From positions 40,052,001-40,116,000 of the forward strand of contig OX597818.1 of NCBI GenBank assembly GCA_951406725.2: a stretch of DNA of 64,000 bases, read 5' to 3'. Source of the DNA: Octopus vulgaris (Eukaryota). The translations under genes were made by a program, and so were the position numbers. This document shows positions 12,062 through 25,316 of this stretch, in pieces (the first letter of the stretch is position 1; every line of letters starts with the position of its first letter). Under the pieces are notes generated by a model. The model did no database searches, was not told the DNA's origin, and saw only the letters and a program-made list of their open reading frames with translations.

Positions 12062-13199
12062 GGTATAAATTAGGAAACTTTTTCCTATTGTTTTCATTCG
12101 CTTTAATCTGCAAGATGGAAATGATTTAAAAATCTTTCTCAACTCTCAGGAAATGAATTCATTTAAAAAAAAGTTTGAACTCAGGTAAAAAGATTTTTTT
12201 TTTCGTTAAGACTGCTATTATGATTCTTAATCATATATATAAAAACTATTACTCAAATATTCTTGACCCGTTTCATATTATTATTAATTGCATGATTTGA
12301 TTATTCTATGATCTTTCTGAAAATTTAAAATTAGTATTAACTGGATAAGCCAAGGGAAACAACTCTTGCAAAAAAAAAAGTTTTGTCAAGGACATTTTGG
12401 ATCATAGTTTTCTCTGCCAGTTTCAGGAATAGCAATTATTGTGATTCTGATTGACGGGGGTACATTGTGATATACTTTTTAAAAGGTGTACTAATTACCA
12501 AGTATTTGGCTGGTATTTATTTGATCGAAATCAAGAAAATGAAAAGCAAAATTAGTCTTGGCAGATTTGAAGTAAAGGGACGTAAGTAGCTGCCTCAATG
12601 CATTTCGTATGAGCAAAATAAATGGATAGATAAATAAAATGGTGAAAATGGAAATAAATAACTAAAGCATAAATTAGTGATACTCGACAGTTTTACAAAT
12701 TTTCAGTTTCCGTCTACCAAATCCACTCAGAAGGCTTTGGTCAGCCCGAGGCTATAGTAGAAGACACTTGCCCAAGGTGCCACGCAGTGGGACTGAACCC
12801 GGAACCATGTGGTTGGAAAGCAAGCTACTTACCACACAGCCATGTCTGTACCTACTTTTTTTTTTGTACCACCCTTAAAGAGATAAGTCTTCAGTGGGAG
12901 TCGAACTCAAACATTATTAACTCATTTTAACCCACTGTCCTCGTTTGAGGACAGTTGTATTTGGTTTGTTTACTGGATGCAAAATAGTGCTTGTATTTAT
13001 TTAACCATTGTATTTGGTTTATTTACTGCAATAAAGGTTAACTGGACGCTTCTGTATGTTTGTTAGCCCTATTTATATATCTTCAAAATTTCGACAGGGT
13101 TAACCCGGGTTAATACTACCTCAGTACATTCTATCTCGTGCCCCACTAATTCTCTCATCCTAATATTACGTTAAGGAAAAAGTTTGTGCTGAACATGTG

Positions 13200-13600
13200 C
13201 CGCATGGTCGCTGAACTTTATATTGCAAGCAGCTTGATCAAGTCTACGATGCACTGGTTGAAAAGTACCCAAAACTTGTTCGTCAAAAATGCACTTTGTT
13301 TCAAGAAGACAATGCAAAGCCCCATACTGCCAGAAAACCAGCAACAAGATTGAAGAATTGGATGGTGTGGAAGTTCTGCCGCATCCAACCTATGGTCCAG
13401 ATGTCGCTCCATCTGACTATGATCTCTTCCGATCAATGCAGCACTTTATGAAAGGTTGCCGATTTGAGTCATTTGATTAAGTTGAAGAAGCCTGTCAAGA
13501 ATTTTTCGATTCAACACTGAAGGATTGGTACTTTGATCAAATCCAAAAGCTTGCAGATCATTGGCTGAAGGACGTGGAAAATGGTCTTTATTTTGAAGCA
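13200..13600 (+). mobile_element. Mariner transposase relic (catalytic C-terminal half)
   Basis: YCKQLDQV...LFQEDNAKPHTAR (frameshift) ...EVLPHPTYGPDVAPSDYDLFRSMQHF...W, with a stop codon. Confidence 0.9.
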
Positions 13601-13967
13601 CAGTTGTTGTTTTTGAATAAATTCTTGCATGAAAAGAATCATTATTTTAACATAGCGAACTGTGTTAAAGAAATAACCTTTTCTACTATAGGCACAAAGT
13701 CTGAAATTTTGCAGGAGATGGGGGTTACTTGATTACATTGATTGGTACTTCATTTATTGACTCTGAAACGATCAAAGGCAGAGTCGACATCAGTGGAATT
13801 TGAGTTCAGAATGTAAAGACAGACGAAATGCTGCTAAGTGTATTGCCCAGTGTGCTAACAATTCTGCTAGCTTGTCACCTTAACCCCTTCCCCAGCGAAT
13901 TTTGTTTGGAGAAAATGTTTCATTTATGGACGAATTTTTTTATTGCTGTTTTTACTAAAATTTTTAA

Positions 13968-14129
13968 GGCGCAGGAGTGGCTGTGTGGTAAGTAGCTTGC
14001 TTACCAACCACATGGTTACGGGTTCAGCCCCACTGCGTGGCATCTTGGGCAAGTGTCTTCTGCTATAGCCCCGGGCCGACCAATGCCTTGTGAGTGGATT
14101 TGGTAGACGGAAACTGAAAGAAGCCTGTC

Positions 14130-14179
<50 letters not shown>

Positions 14180-14382
14180 ATGTGTATATATGTTTGTGTG
14201 CCTGTGTTTGTCCCCCTAGCATTGCTGGTGTGTTTACGTCCCCATCACTTAGCGGTTCGGCAAAAGAGACCGATAGAATAAGTACTGGGCTTACAAAGAA
14301 TAAGTCCTGGGGTCGATTTGCTCGACTAAAGGCGGTGCTCCAGCATGGCCACAGTCAAATGATTGAAACAAGTAAAAGAGTA
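13968..14382 (+). mobile_element. tRNA-headed SINE family A with internal (TA)/(TG) microsatellite
   Basis: Head ggcgcaggagtggctgtgtggtaag...ggttcag, CORE-like cttgggcaagtg segment, tail ctccagcatggcc...gaaacaagtaaaagag. Confidence 0.9.
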
Positions 14383-14564
14383 ATGTTGGTTATGGAAATA
14401 ACATTTGTTTTTATCTATTTCCAATATTTCACTTGAAATTTTATTTTGAAGATACCGTTTTTGGCAAAAATGATATAACTCCTCTTCCCATATATTTAAA
14501 ATGTGTTTTTTATTTATTTATTTTTTTTTTCAACTTTATCAAAAGTAAAGGGGAATTACACTCT

Positions 14565-14756
14565 CTTTACTCTTTTACTTGTTTCAGTCATTTGACTGTG
14601 GCCATGCTGGAGCACTGCCTTTTAGTTGAGTAAATCGACCCCAGGACTTATTCTTTGTAAGCCTAGCACTTATTCTATCGGTCCCTTTTGCTGAACCGCT
14701 AAGTTATGGGGACGTAAACACACCAGCATCGGTTGTCAAGCAATGGTGGGGGGACA

Positions 14757-14796
<40 letters not shown>

Positions 14797-14960
14797 CATA
14801 TATACGACGGGCTTCTTCCAGTTTCTGTCTACCAAATCCACTCACAAGGCTTTGGTCGGCCCGAGGCTATAGTAGAAGACACTTGTCCAAGGTGCCATGC
14901 AGTGGGAATGAACCCGGAACCATGTGGTTGGTAAGCAAACTACTTACCACACAGCCACTC
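14565..14960 (-). mobile_element. SINE family A
   Basis: Reverse complement of the 13968 copy; the two lie tail-to-tail. Confidence 0.9.
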
Positions 14961-15231
14961 CACATTTATTTTACTCTTTTTTTTTTTTAGCATGTCTCCT
15001 CAAAAATCAAAAATTTTTCTGAGCTCAACATCTGGGCGTAATTTGTATTAAAAAAATATACAAAAAAACAAAAATGGGAAATGCTGAAAATTGATGTATA
15101 AACTCGTCTGTGGTTGTTTTTGAAAGTATATGTTTTGGACGAGTTTACTCATCGCACTCTGAAAAAGACAAATTGTGTGAAGACGAGTTAACTCATCTTT
15201 CCTGGTAAAGGGCTAATAATAATAATAATAA

Positions 15232-15440
15232 TCCTTTCTACTCTAGGCACAAGGCCTGAAATTTGTGGGGAGGGGACTAGTCGATTATATCAACTCCAGT
15301 GTTTGATTGGTACTTTATTTATCGACCCCGAAAGGATGATAGGCAAAGTTGACCTTGGCGGAATTTGAACTCAGAATGTAGCGGCAGATGAAATCTGCTA
15401 AGGATTTCGCCCAGTGTGCAAACAATTCTGCCATTCTTTT
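15232..15440 (-). mobile_element. SINE family B variant with an alternative tail and (ATT)n end
   Basis: B core joined to the tail aaatttcaggccttgtgcctagagtagaaagg(att)n. Similar copies at ~13675-13880 and ~62190-62398. Confidence 0.7.
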
Positions 15441-16677
15441 TAATGATAATTGTAATAAGGACTCTATTTCCCAATATGACCACCAGATGACAAATTTTAG
15501 TTGGAGTGGTACCTGCAACGAAATTGATTTCAGTACATGTTGCATATCTATTTCATTGATCCTAGAAGAGTTCAAAGTGAAAAAATCAATATTGATGACA
15601 TTTGAACTTAGATTTTAATGCATGCCTCTCCTCAATGAATTAAAGATGTAAATGAAATATTTCTTTCTAAGTGGGGTTGGGACTAAGCTTAGCAAGTACT
15701 CCCGGCTGCTGCCCTATACAGAACTTATAAACTTTGTATTATAATAATGATTTGTTGAATGTTTGGTTGAAAATTTCGTTGTGTGTTATTAGTCACTTAC
15801 TACGTGGATTTATTAAGATTGGAGTTTGAAATAAAAAGGGATGAGCTTCAATGCTATAACAGTGTGGCAATGTTCCCTGTTGTCCCCACCATCTTTTTTT
15901 TAGCTAATAGCTCTATCATAATAGACATGCACACATACAAACATATATAATCATCATCAGGAGTAAGCATTGCCTTGTAGTGAAGTTTGCTTCACGGTTA
16001 TATAGTCTTGAGTTTAGTTCCACTGCATCACACCTTATGCAAGTGTCTTCTGCTAAAATCAGTGTAAACCAACTGATTCCTTGTGATTGAATTTGGTAGC
16101 CTTCAACTATTGGAAGCATGTGACACACTCCCATACAGACACACATGTACACATAGGTGCAGGTGTGGCTGTGTGGTAAGAATTTTGCTTCCTGTCCACA
16201 TGGTTCAGGGTTCAGTCCCACCGTATTGCACTTTGGACAGATGTCTTCTGCAATAGCTCTGGACTAGCCAAATTCTTGTGAGTGGATTTGGTTGTGTGTG
16301 TGTGTCCCATCACTGCTTGACAACCACAGTTGGTTTGTTTACTTTCCCTAACTTAGCAGTTTGTCTAAAAGAGACCGATAGAATAAGTATCAGATTTAAT
16401 TTTTTTAAGAAGTACTGGGGCCAGTTTGTTTAATTAAACCTGGCTGCAGTTGAATGAAAACAAAACAGGTAAAAGATAAAAGATCTATTATACTTTTACA
16501 AGAAGATGGGTGACAGTCTTTGAAGTTTCGGCCTGCTAGCCTCTGTTGGACTTTCCGACAAAGGACAAAACTTCGAAATCACTGTCACTCCATTTGTAAA
16601 AGTATAGGAGATATGTACTCTACTGAAAGTATTGAGTAATTTCTTAATATAAAAATTATTATTTTTTTTATATAGGC

Positions 16678-16975
16678 ATGTGTGTGTGTGCGTGCGTGTG
16701 CGTGTCTGCCTGTCCACCCGCCCATGTGTGTGTGTGTGTGTGCATGCATGCCTATGTGTGAGTATGCTTGTGTGTGTGTGCATGCATGCCCATGTGTGAG
16801 CATGTGTTTTGTGTGTGTGTGTGTGTGTGTATGTGTGTGCATGCCTATATGTGAGCATGCTTGTGTATGTTTGTGTATGTGTGCATGCATGCATGCCCAT
16901 ATGTGAGCGTGCTTGTGTGTATTTTGTGTGTTTGTGTGAGGGTGTGTGTGTGTGCATGCATGCATGCATATGTGT

Positions 16976-17008
<33 letters not shown>

Positions 17009-17125
17009 CATGCATGCCCATATGTAAGCATGCTTGTATGTGTGTGTGCATGCATGCCCATGTGTGAGCGTGCTTGTGTGTGAGTGTGTGTGTGTGTTTG
17101 TGTGTGTGCATACACTTTTGCTTGT
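16678..17125. repeat. Complex GT-rich mini/microsatellite
   Basis: (GT)n interspersed with a recurring gcatgcatgcccat(a/g)tgtgagc(a/g)tgcttgt unit. Confidence 0.9.
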
Positions 17126-18768
17126 GACTATTTGAGCAGAACAGTGACAATGTCAACATACTTTGCTGACATAAGTGGTTGTCCCATGCATTTAAAAACC
17201 TGGAATTTAAAAAAAAAAACCCTTAGTTGGAAACAAGTAAATGTTAGCAACAGGAAGAGCATCTGACTGCAAGATCCCTCCTCAAATATCTCCCCGTCTA
17301 AATGCATGATACCACGAGAAAAAAACCCCAAACAAAACAAACAACAAAAGCAGACGCTGAGTGAATGAATGAATGAATGAATGAAGTAACATACTCTCAT
17401 ATATGCTCGTGCACACACATAAATACACCTATACATAAACACACACTTGCACACTCATATACACATACACACGCTATATTTTTTTAAGCTAACACAGTTG
17501 TGTTGAAGATTAAGCATCTGACAGTCATATGATTAATGTATTAGAGGTATGATATCTACAGAGATTAGCGTGGAAGCGGTTTGTGGTTACATTCTTAAAC
17601 CATTCGTTTACCCTGCAATATAACTGAATGCTTAAGGTAGTTGACTGATGGCCTAGATTTGACAATAGATGCAAGTGTAAATAAATAATAAATAAATAAC
17701 GATTTAGTAATAAATTCATGGCTTACCTTTCATGTTGCTTACAGGGTTCAAGCAGGAAAATAAACTAACAATAGTTTTTGAGCGGAGTTATTGTTTTTGT
17801 TATATTGATGAAGAAGTTGTTTCTTTTAGATAAATCTTCATCGAACCATTGGTTTACAAGGTGTGTCTGTCTGTCTGTCTTGTCTTTTAATTTAAAAAAA
17901 AAAATTAAAAGACAAAAGAACCAAAAAAGCTCAGGACCAAATTATCTAGTATATTCATTCATTTCTAAGATGATTAGACAGGATTTGTTTGAGATTTGAC
18001 AGCTACAGAAGATCGAGCAGTCTTGCAGAGATGCCTTCAGTTTCATTCGAAGCAATCAGAGGGGGAGAGGTGAATTTCCTCCTGGACTTCAATATCAGTC
18101 TTTCACAGATAACATTCCCAGAATACTTTCAGCTTTAAGGTAATGTGAAGCACTTACAACTAGTAAATGTCTCTCCAAGAAGACCAGTGGCGGCTGCATA
18201 GGATATAGATTTAAACATCTTAAGATTAATAAAATATCGTATCCTGTTAGGCATTTCAAGAGATATGATGGCTCTATCTCTTCAAATACAGATTTGTGAA
18301 TTGTATCCTCAAGCAACACCATATTACATCACATTCCTCAGTTTCTCTAGCTGATATATTAGTGCCATTTCCTTTCTTGAGGAGGATAGAATACTTGGTA
18401 GAGGGAAGATGTGGAGTGTGAATGAAATTGCAAAACATCTGCTTTAGGAACACATGTAGATATCTAAACTTTTCTGTCTTATCAATCGTCTGGCAGCGCT
18501 AGAAAACAGATACATAAAAGAAAGTTGCTAACATATTTAAAATGTCTGCTGTTTTAATTTTAATGCATTAAAAAAAAAAAAATTCTAAATTCTAAAAATA
18601 TTGAAATAAATGCTGATTTTGTAATTGACAGTAAAAAGCTGTTTTTTAACAAATTTTTTTAATAAATTTATAGCTAAATGATTGCTTCCAGCTCTAAGCA
18701 TATTATTAACAGTGTTATGTTGCTGAAAATTTGGCCTTTGGATTTGTTTTGTGTTACATATGAAACAT

Positions 18769-18938
18769 AGGCATAGGAGTGGCTGTGTGGTAAGTAGCTT
18801 GCTTACCAACCACATGGTTCCGGGTTCAGTCCCACTGTGTGGCACCTTGGGCAAATGTCTTCTACTATAGCCTTTGGCCAACCAAAGCTTTGTGAGTGGA
18901 TTTGGTAGATAGAAACTGAAAGAAGCTCATCGTATATA

Positions 18939-18969
<31 letters not shown>

Positions 18970-19205
18970 GTATATGTATATGTGTATATGTTTGTGTGTC
19001 TTTGTTTGTCCCCCCCCCCCAACATTGTTTGACAATTGATGGTGGCGTGTTTATGTCCCTGTAACTTAGCAGTTTGGCAAAAGAGACCGATAGAATAAGT
19101 ACTAGGCTTACAAAGAATAAGTCCTGGGGTCGATTTGCTTGACTAAAGGCAGTACTCCAGCATGGCCACAGTCAAGTGACTGAAACAAGTAAAAGAGTAA
19201 GAGTA
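18769..19205 (+). mobile_element. SINE family A
   Basis: Full-length match to the 13968 copy. Confidence 0.9.
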
Positions 19206-20017
19206 TAAAATCTTAGGTATTAACTTTTGTTAATTCCTTTTAAGATTTCTTGTGTTTTGTTCAAGCAAAATGGCTAAATGGACAGCTTGGATATTAGACT
19301 ATTGGCTGTTCATTTTTAAACTCACTGTAGGTATTTCAAGTCAGTGAAGGAACCTTGACATAGGTGCTTAGAAATGGTAGCCTTAGCTCTTTTAAATCAC
19401 ACCGTACCATTTTTAAAAAGAAGGTAAGAAAACATCGGATGATATCAAAGTTGTACTAATTCTGAAAATAAAATGAGATAGTCATAGTTGGAATGTTTTT
19501 GGTCATGGAGCTTCTTGGTCAAAGCTGTCTTAGGGCTAAACAAGCCACCAATGTGACTATATACAACAGTCTGCTTTTTTTGTACACATCACCATATGTT
19601 ACACTGATAGGTACGTACATAACTGATCTCTACTAACCTGATAACTAAGCTCAGCACACTTAAATCACTGTATATGTCAGTGGTTCCCTAACTTTTTTCT
19701 CTGGGCTGCATTTTTGGAATGAAAATTTCCTTGCACCTCACCAAAGGTCCAGAGATAGGGTTACAGGGAAATAATCGTGGATTCATAGAACGTTATCATT
19801 GATAACCCTCTCCTCCAATTTGTGGACCCTAGTTATGATATTCTTAATACTTGATATAATGCAAAAATATCACAATGATAAAATTGGTCGATAATTATTT
19901 ATAACTATCTATACTGGAACTCTTGCATGCAATTACAAGTATTCCATAATATTTTAAATTTTGAAATCATATTTATTTTTTGAATTTTTTGAAACTGTTT
20001 CTAAATGTTTTCAAGTG

Positions 20018-20180
20018 AAGGCGCATGGCTCAGTGGTTAGAGCGTCAAGCTTACGATAGTGAGGTTGTGAGTTTGAATCCCGGACCAGGCTGCATGTTGT
20101 GTCCTTGAGCAAGACACTTTATTTCACATTGCTCCAGTTCACTCAGCTGTAGAAATGAGTTGCGACGTCACAGGTGCCAG
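20018..20180 (+). mobile_element. tRNA-derived SINE family H (5' part)
   Basis: A box tggctcagtggttag, B box gagtttgaatccc, body gtgtccttgagcaagacactt...ctccagttcactcagctgt. Relative at ~51922-52140. Confidence 0.75.
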
Positions 20181-20901
20181 TCTTCTTTCAGTTCCCATCT
20201 GCCAAATCCACTGACAAACCTTTTGTTGGTCTCAGGCTGCAGTAGAAGACACTTGCCCATGTTACCACGGAGTAGGATTGAACCTAAAACCATGTGGTTG
20301 GGTGCACAACCATGCCTGCATCTATGTAAAGTAATGGTAAATGAATATAAAATAAAGTGAGTAAGAACAATAAAGATACCACAGCCATGCTAACATGAAA
20401 AAAAAAGAAAAAAACCCAAAGCTGTCCATTCCTTGTATAAAAAACCAAACCAAACAAAAAAGCCTTGTTGTTTTTACTCTCCAGGTCCTGACTAAATTTT
20501 TTAAAGAAAGGATTGGAAGGCAGCTAATAGATAATTACTTTCAGGAATGCTGGCTCTGTGTGATTCTACTGACCCATTCTTCAATGATGTGACAGCATTA
20601 GTAATATCACCCACACCTATTTACCAAAATATCCCTAAGAAATTGAATCATTTAAAACTATTTTGAATATTTTTTCAGCAGAACATTTCTGTCTCTTCAG
20701 TTTGGCTATTTCTCCTTTTTGTTTTTTCTCTTTAAACTATCTATTTCATTGAAATTCTGTGTTTACACAAAATCACTTTTATTTTGTAAAGCATGGAATT
20801 TCAGCTTAGCAAATTAATTTACTTGATAGGCAGCTTAGGATACTCCGACCTCCTATGGGAAAATGATTTATAAAACGTTGATTTATATATATATATATCT
20901 A

Positions 20902-20968
<67 letters not shown>

Positions 20969-21845
20969 TTATAAAAGATATGTATGTATGTTTAAAGTGT
21001 GTGTTCTGGTTGTATATGCTCAAGCAGGATATCACTGAAAGTTTTTATCTCTGTTGTTTTTGACTTGCTTACTACATCTTTTAGAAGCAGCGTCCAGCAT
21101 CTGTTTGCTTCTGTTAGCCAGTCAGTGATACTGTCTTCATTTTGGTATATGGGTAAACACATATGTAATACAGCCATCTCTCTCTCTCTCCCTCTCCCCC
21201 CTCTGTCTGTCCGTCTCTCTCTCTTTCTCTGTCCCTCTCTCATACACACACATTTGAGCAGTTTTTGCTTTCACATTCTTTGAGAACAGGTTTTTCTTTG
21301 TTTAGCCCAAAATGTGTGTGTTTGTTGTGTTTGGGAGAAATAAATGAGAAAGAATTATTTTTGTTCATTTCCGTTTAGTATCACTTGATGCCAAACTGTA
21401 TTAGATAATACCAAAATGATTTGAGTGAGGAACTTTGTCTGTAGTCAAGGTGTCCACCAAGGGATGGTTCTCAGTCCCTTCCTGTTTATTATAGTTTCTC
21501 AGACCCACAACTCAGGAGTTTCACACCAGGTATCTGAGGGAACCCCTGCATGCCAATAACCTAGTTCTCATGGCTGACGTCCACTTTTCATGCTGGCATG
21601 GATTGGACGGTTTGACTGAGGATTGACAAGCCATGAGGCTGCACCAGGCTCCAATCTGATCTGGCAAGGTTTCTACAGTTGGATGCCCTTCCTAACATCA
21701 ATCACTCCATGAGTGTAGTAGGTGCTTTTGATGTGCCATTGGCATGGGAGACAATCAGGCGGCACTGGCATCAACCACACTTGAATGGTGCTTTTTACAT
21801 GCCACCGGCATGGGAGCCAGTCAGGCATTTATGTGCCACCGGCAC

Positions 21846-21848
<3 letters not shown>

Positions 21849-21891
<43 letters not shown>

Positions 21892-21892
21892 A

Positions 21893-21948
<56 letters not shown>

Positions 21949-21981
21949 TGTGTGTGTATGTGTGTATATATATATATATAT

Positions 21982-22023
<42 letters not shown>

Positions 22024-22037
22024 TGTGTGTGTATGTG

Positions 22038-22092
<55 letters not shown>
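21849..22092. repeat. Compound (TA)n/(TG)n microsatellite
   Basis: Direct inspection. Other long tracts at 20884-20961, 22459-22563, 49524-49579, 49761-49826, 50715-50796 and 51679-51724. Confidence 0.95.
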
Positions 22093-22094
<2 letters not shown>

Positions 22095-22454
22095 CTTTTT
22101 TTCGATGGCACTCTGTCGGTTATGATGATGAGCGTTCAAGTTGATCCAAAACGTGCAAGTGGCTGAACACTCCACAGATGTAGTTCTTGGGGAGATTTAG
22201 TGTGACACAGAGTGTGACAAGGCTGACCCTTTGAAATACAGGTACAACAGAAAGCAGGAAGAAAGAGTGAGAGAAAGTTGTGGTGAAAGAGTACAGCACG
22301 GTTCACCACCAACCCCTGCTGGAACCTCATAGAGATTTAGGTGTTTTCGCTCAATAAACACTCACAATACCAAGTGTGGGAATTGAAACCGTGATCCTAT
22401 AACCGCAAGTCCTCTGCCCTAACCATTGGGCCATTGCGCCTCCACTATACACAA

Positions 22455-22509
<55 letters not shown>

Positions 22510-22531
22510 CATACACACCCACACCCATATG

Positions 22532-22567
<36 letters not shown>

Positions 22568-22627
22568 ATGATGATTTTGATATATGTATGTATGTTTGTT
22601 TGTATGTATATATATATATATATATAT

Positions 22628-22919
22628 AGCAATAAGAAAAATGGAGGGGATCAAGAGGTGGTATTCATCAACTTTTAGACATTATATTATGTCTATATAT
22701 TTTTTTAAAAGCCATTATAACTATATACATACATGTATAACATATTATGCTTTACATATATAATATATAAAAAAATATAAAAATACCCTAATTTTTTATA
22801 CATCTTATATATGTAAAGCATAATATGTTATACATGTATGTATATTGTTATGGTTTCTAAAAAAATAAATAGACATAATATAATGTCTAAAAGTTGATCC
22901 CCTCCACTTTCTTATTGCT
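22628..22919. repeat. ~290-bp imperfect foldback palindrome
   Basis: agcaataagaaaaatggaggggatcaa...ttgatcccctccactttcttattgct, with matching internal arms. Confidence 0.9.
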
Positions 22920-23069
22920 GTATAAATTAAGGGTGAAACAACTTTTTACCCTCACCCATTTATTACACTTGGTAATGTAATTACCATGCAATAAAAAAAA
23001 CACTTGTGTATTAATAATTTGGTATTCTACCAGCAGTATATTGGGATTGATATTATCGCTTATAAAGTT

Positions 23070-23260
23070 AATCCAAACAAGAAAGCACAAAAAACACAAC
23101 AGCGCGAGGACGTGGAACAAATATAGTATTGTTGGACGCTCAGGAAAGGAGGAGGGTTTAACGTTTCGAGTGGAGCTCTTCGTCGGAAACATAGGAGAAG
23201 GAAAGATCCAGAGAAGGGAAGACGGAGGAAAAAAAATCGCCAACAGTACACACGTGGTCT
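23070..23260 (-). mobile_element. Short Penelope-like/retrozyme-like element with a minimal hammerhead motif (23156-23190)
   Basis: Minus strand gttt-CCGACGA-A-gagctccactc-GAAACGTT-aaac. Second copy on + at ~51235-51416. Confidence 0.6.
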
Positions 23261-23305
23261 TTTATAATATATATAGCATGGAAAACGGACGCTAAACGAT
23301 GATGA

Positions 23306-23348
<43 letters not shown>

Positions 23349-23350
<2 letters not shown>

Positions 23351-23429
23351 CCAAGAGAGTTAGAGGTTGTGAATTCAACCAACTATCCCTTATAGTTGGT
23401 TGAATTCACAACCTCTAACTCTCTTGGAA
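23349..23429. repeat. Perfect 38-bp-arm hairpin within (TA)n
   Basis: ttccaagagagttagaggttgtgaattcaaccaactat-ccctt-exact reverse complement. Confidence 0.97.
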
Positions 23430-24954
23430 TTATACATATATATATATATATATATGTTATAAAAGAAACAGAATGCTAATTCATAAATATTTACCCACTA
23501 AATTTATCTTACATTCCCCCCCCCCGGAGAATGATCTAATAATGTATTAGCTTCACTCCATGAGTTTTTATTTTTTTAACAGTGACATCAAAATTGTCTG
23601 CCTCCTTAGATGTTCACAAATAACTTGAATAAATGAAACAGTAAATATTCTGTTCTGCTTTCTTTTCCTTCTTTTCTTCCCTCCTTTCTTTTCTTTCTTT
23701 TTTCCTTTCTCTTCCTTGATTTTTCTTTCATTCTGTCTCTTCCCTTTCCTATCTTTCTTTCATGCCCATGAAAGACTTATTGTTCTCAAAAATCCTTTTT
23801 TTGTTGTTTTTTTTTGATGTTGATGATGATGTTTTTTTAATTTTTTTTATTTCTATGATAATGGTGATAGTTTATGTTTCACCCAATATCTACAAACTTC
23901 ATTTGCCAGTTATTTCCTCTAAGCAACCCAACATCCAGTTTTCAAACTGTTGCTTTCTCTCTTTACAAAATCAACAACACTTATTTTTCTTATCTTCTTC
24001 AAGAATAAATCACAGGTTTCTTAAATTATCCTGTTGTCAGCAACCTGAGTTCTGAGCTCTTTTTCAGTCACCCTTAACCAGTTTACTCCTCTGCAGTGTG
24101 ACACGAAGTGGTTATTTTAAAATCGTTAAGAACTTATATTTACTTGATTGAGTAAATGCAAGTTAGTTCAGAGTTCATTAATGGATCATTTGAATTTCAT
24201 ACATATAATATGCAATTTGAAAGTGAAAGAAAGCAGTAATTTTATTGTGTGTATTTCTATGTATGGTATGTATAGTTGTGTGTGTGTGTGAGTGAGTGAA
24301 ATTTGATCCTGCAGACTGGATCTGGCAGACTCTATGGAAAAAACATCATGGTTTGGCTCTTTAATGTTTAAACTGGCTATATCCGGCTCAAATACTCTGT
24401 TTTATATTCAATCCAGCTTCTTGTACCTATCCTATTATGTTATTCTAAAAATACAGATCATGTCATTGAAATCTTAAACCTATGAGATAATGCATGGTAA
24501 ATTCAAAACAGTGTGAATCAGTGAGGTGTTTTTTAACAGTATCGTAAGCCATTTCCAAGGTTAGTATATCATTTTCCTTGTCTTGAAGGAGAACCAATGA
24601 GGCTTGCTATAATGTTAAAAATCCGGCTGTAAAATATTGCACCTTGACGCTATTGATACGACGCTCACTCACTCAAATTCGGACCAGAGAGTTTAGTAAC
24701 ACATCATAAGCACACATGGTATGGTGCTTGTATCATTTTCTGAGGTGTTATGGCTCATTTTCTAATATTCTTCGTTACCATTGTAACAATAATGGTCTAT
24801 TATCTTCCCATCTTGTCTTACTTATCTCTTAAAGATACTTACCTTGGTATATCAAAACACAAACAATACCTTTGGGGCGAGGTCTCTGTATGTTTTTTCT
24901 TGGAATTATGGCTAAAATATGCGATGTGATACTCCATTACATAGTATCGGTATA

Positions 24955-25316
24955 TCTTTATATATAAAAGAGAAGTTGTGTGTCTGTCTCCTACGATTTA
25001 GATTCCTAACTACTCCCACATTTTGCGTGATTCATATCGAGCCCTTCTGGGTATTAGCGTGCATCTACGATGAGTCTACGATTTAAAAAAAAAATTACTA
25101 TCATTTTTTCCCATTTTAATGCATTTTTTCGCTATTATATAAGGGAAGTAACTCTCTAAAAATGTCTACGATGAGTCAACGATTTAAAAAAAATTTACCA
25201 TCATTTTTTCCCCATTTTTAATGCATTTTTTTGCTAGTTTTTGGCTATAACTCTCTAAAAATGCTTATATAGTTATTTCCCTTACAAACCCGAGCAATGC
25301 CGGGCGATACTGCTAG
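24955..25316 (+). mobile_element. Non-autonomous Helitron
   Basis: 5' A|TCtttatatataaaagagaagttgtgtgtctgtc; 3' hairpin cccgagcaatgccggg then CTAG|T; no TSD. Confidence 0.8.

Noticed and set aside
14733-14990. Recurring ORFs such as IHSQGFGRPEAIVEDTCPRCHAVG and LPNPLTRLWSARGYSRRHLPK
   Set aside because: Chance translations of SINE family A repeated across the window.
13880-15216. Large piggyBac-like element enclosing the SINE A pair
   Set aside because: Termini match only partly (CCCCTTCCCCAG versus CCCTTTACCAG) and the right TSD is CTAA; not supportable.
16496-17159. Long His/Thr- and Cys/Val-rich ORFs (also 21679-22654, 35995-36339, 49360-49747)
   Set aside because: Translations of (CA)/(TG)/(TA)/(TCTG) microsatellites.
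17970-18139. MIRQDLFEI-TGA-QLQKIEQSC... possible readthrough or selenocysteine ORF
   Set aside because: Short, no recognisable family or SECIS seen, and its donor is phase 2 with no supporting exon chain.
24836-24870. Consensus minus-strand donor AAG|GTAAGT
   Set aside because: No convincing acceptor upstream; abuts a Helitron.
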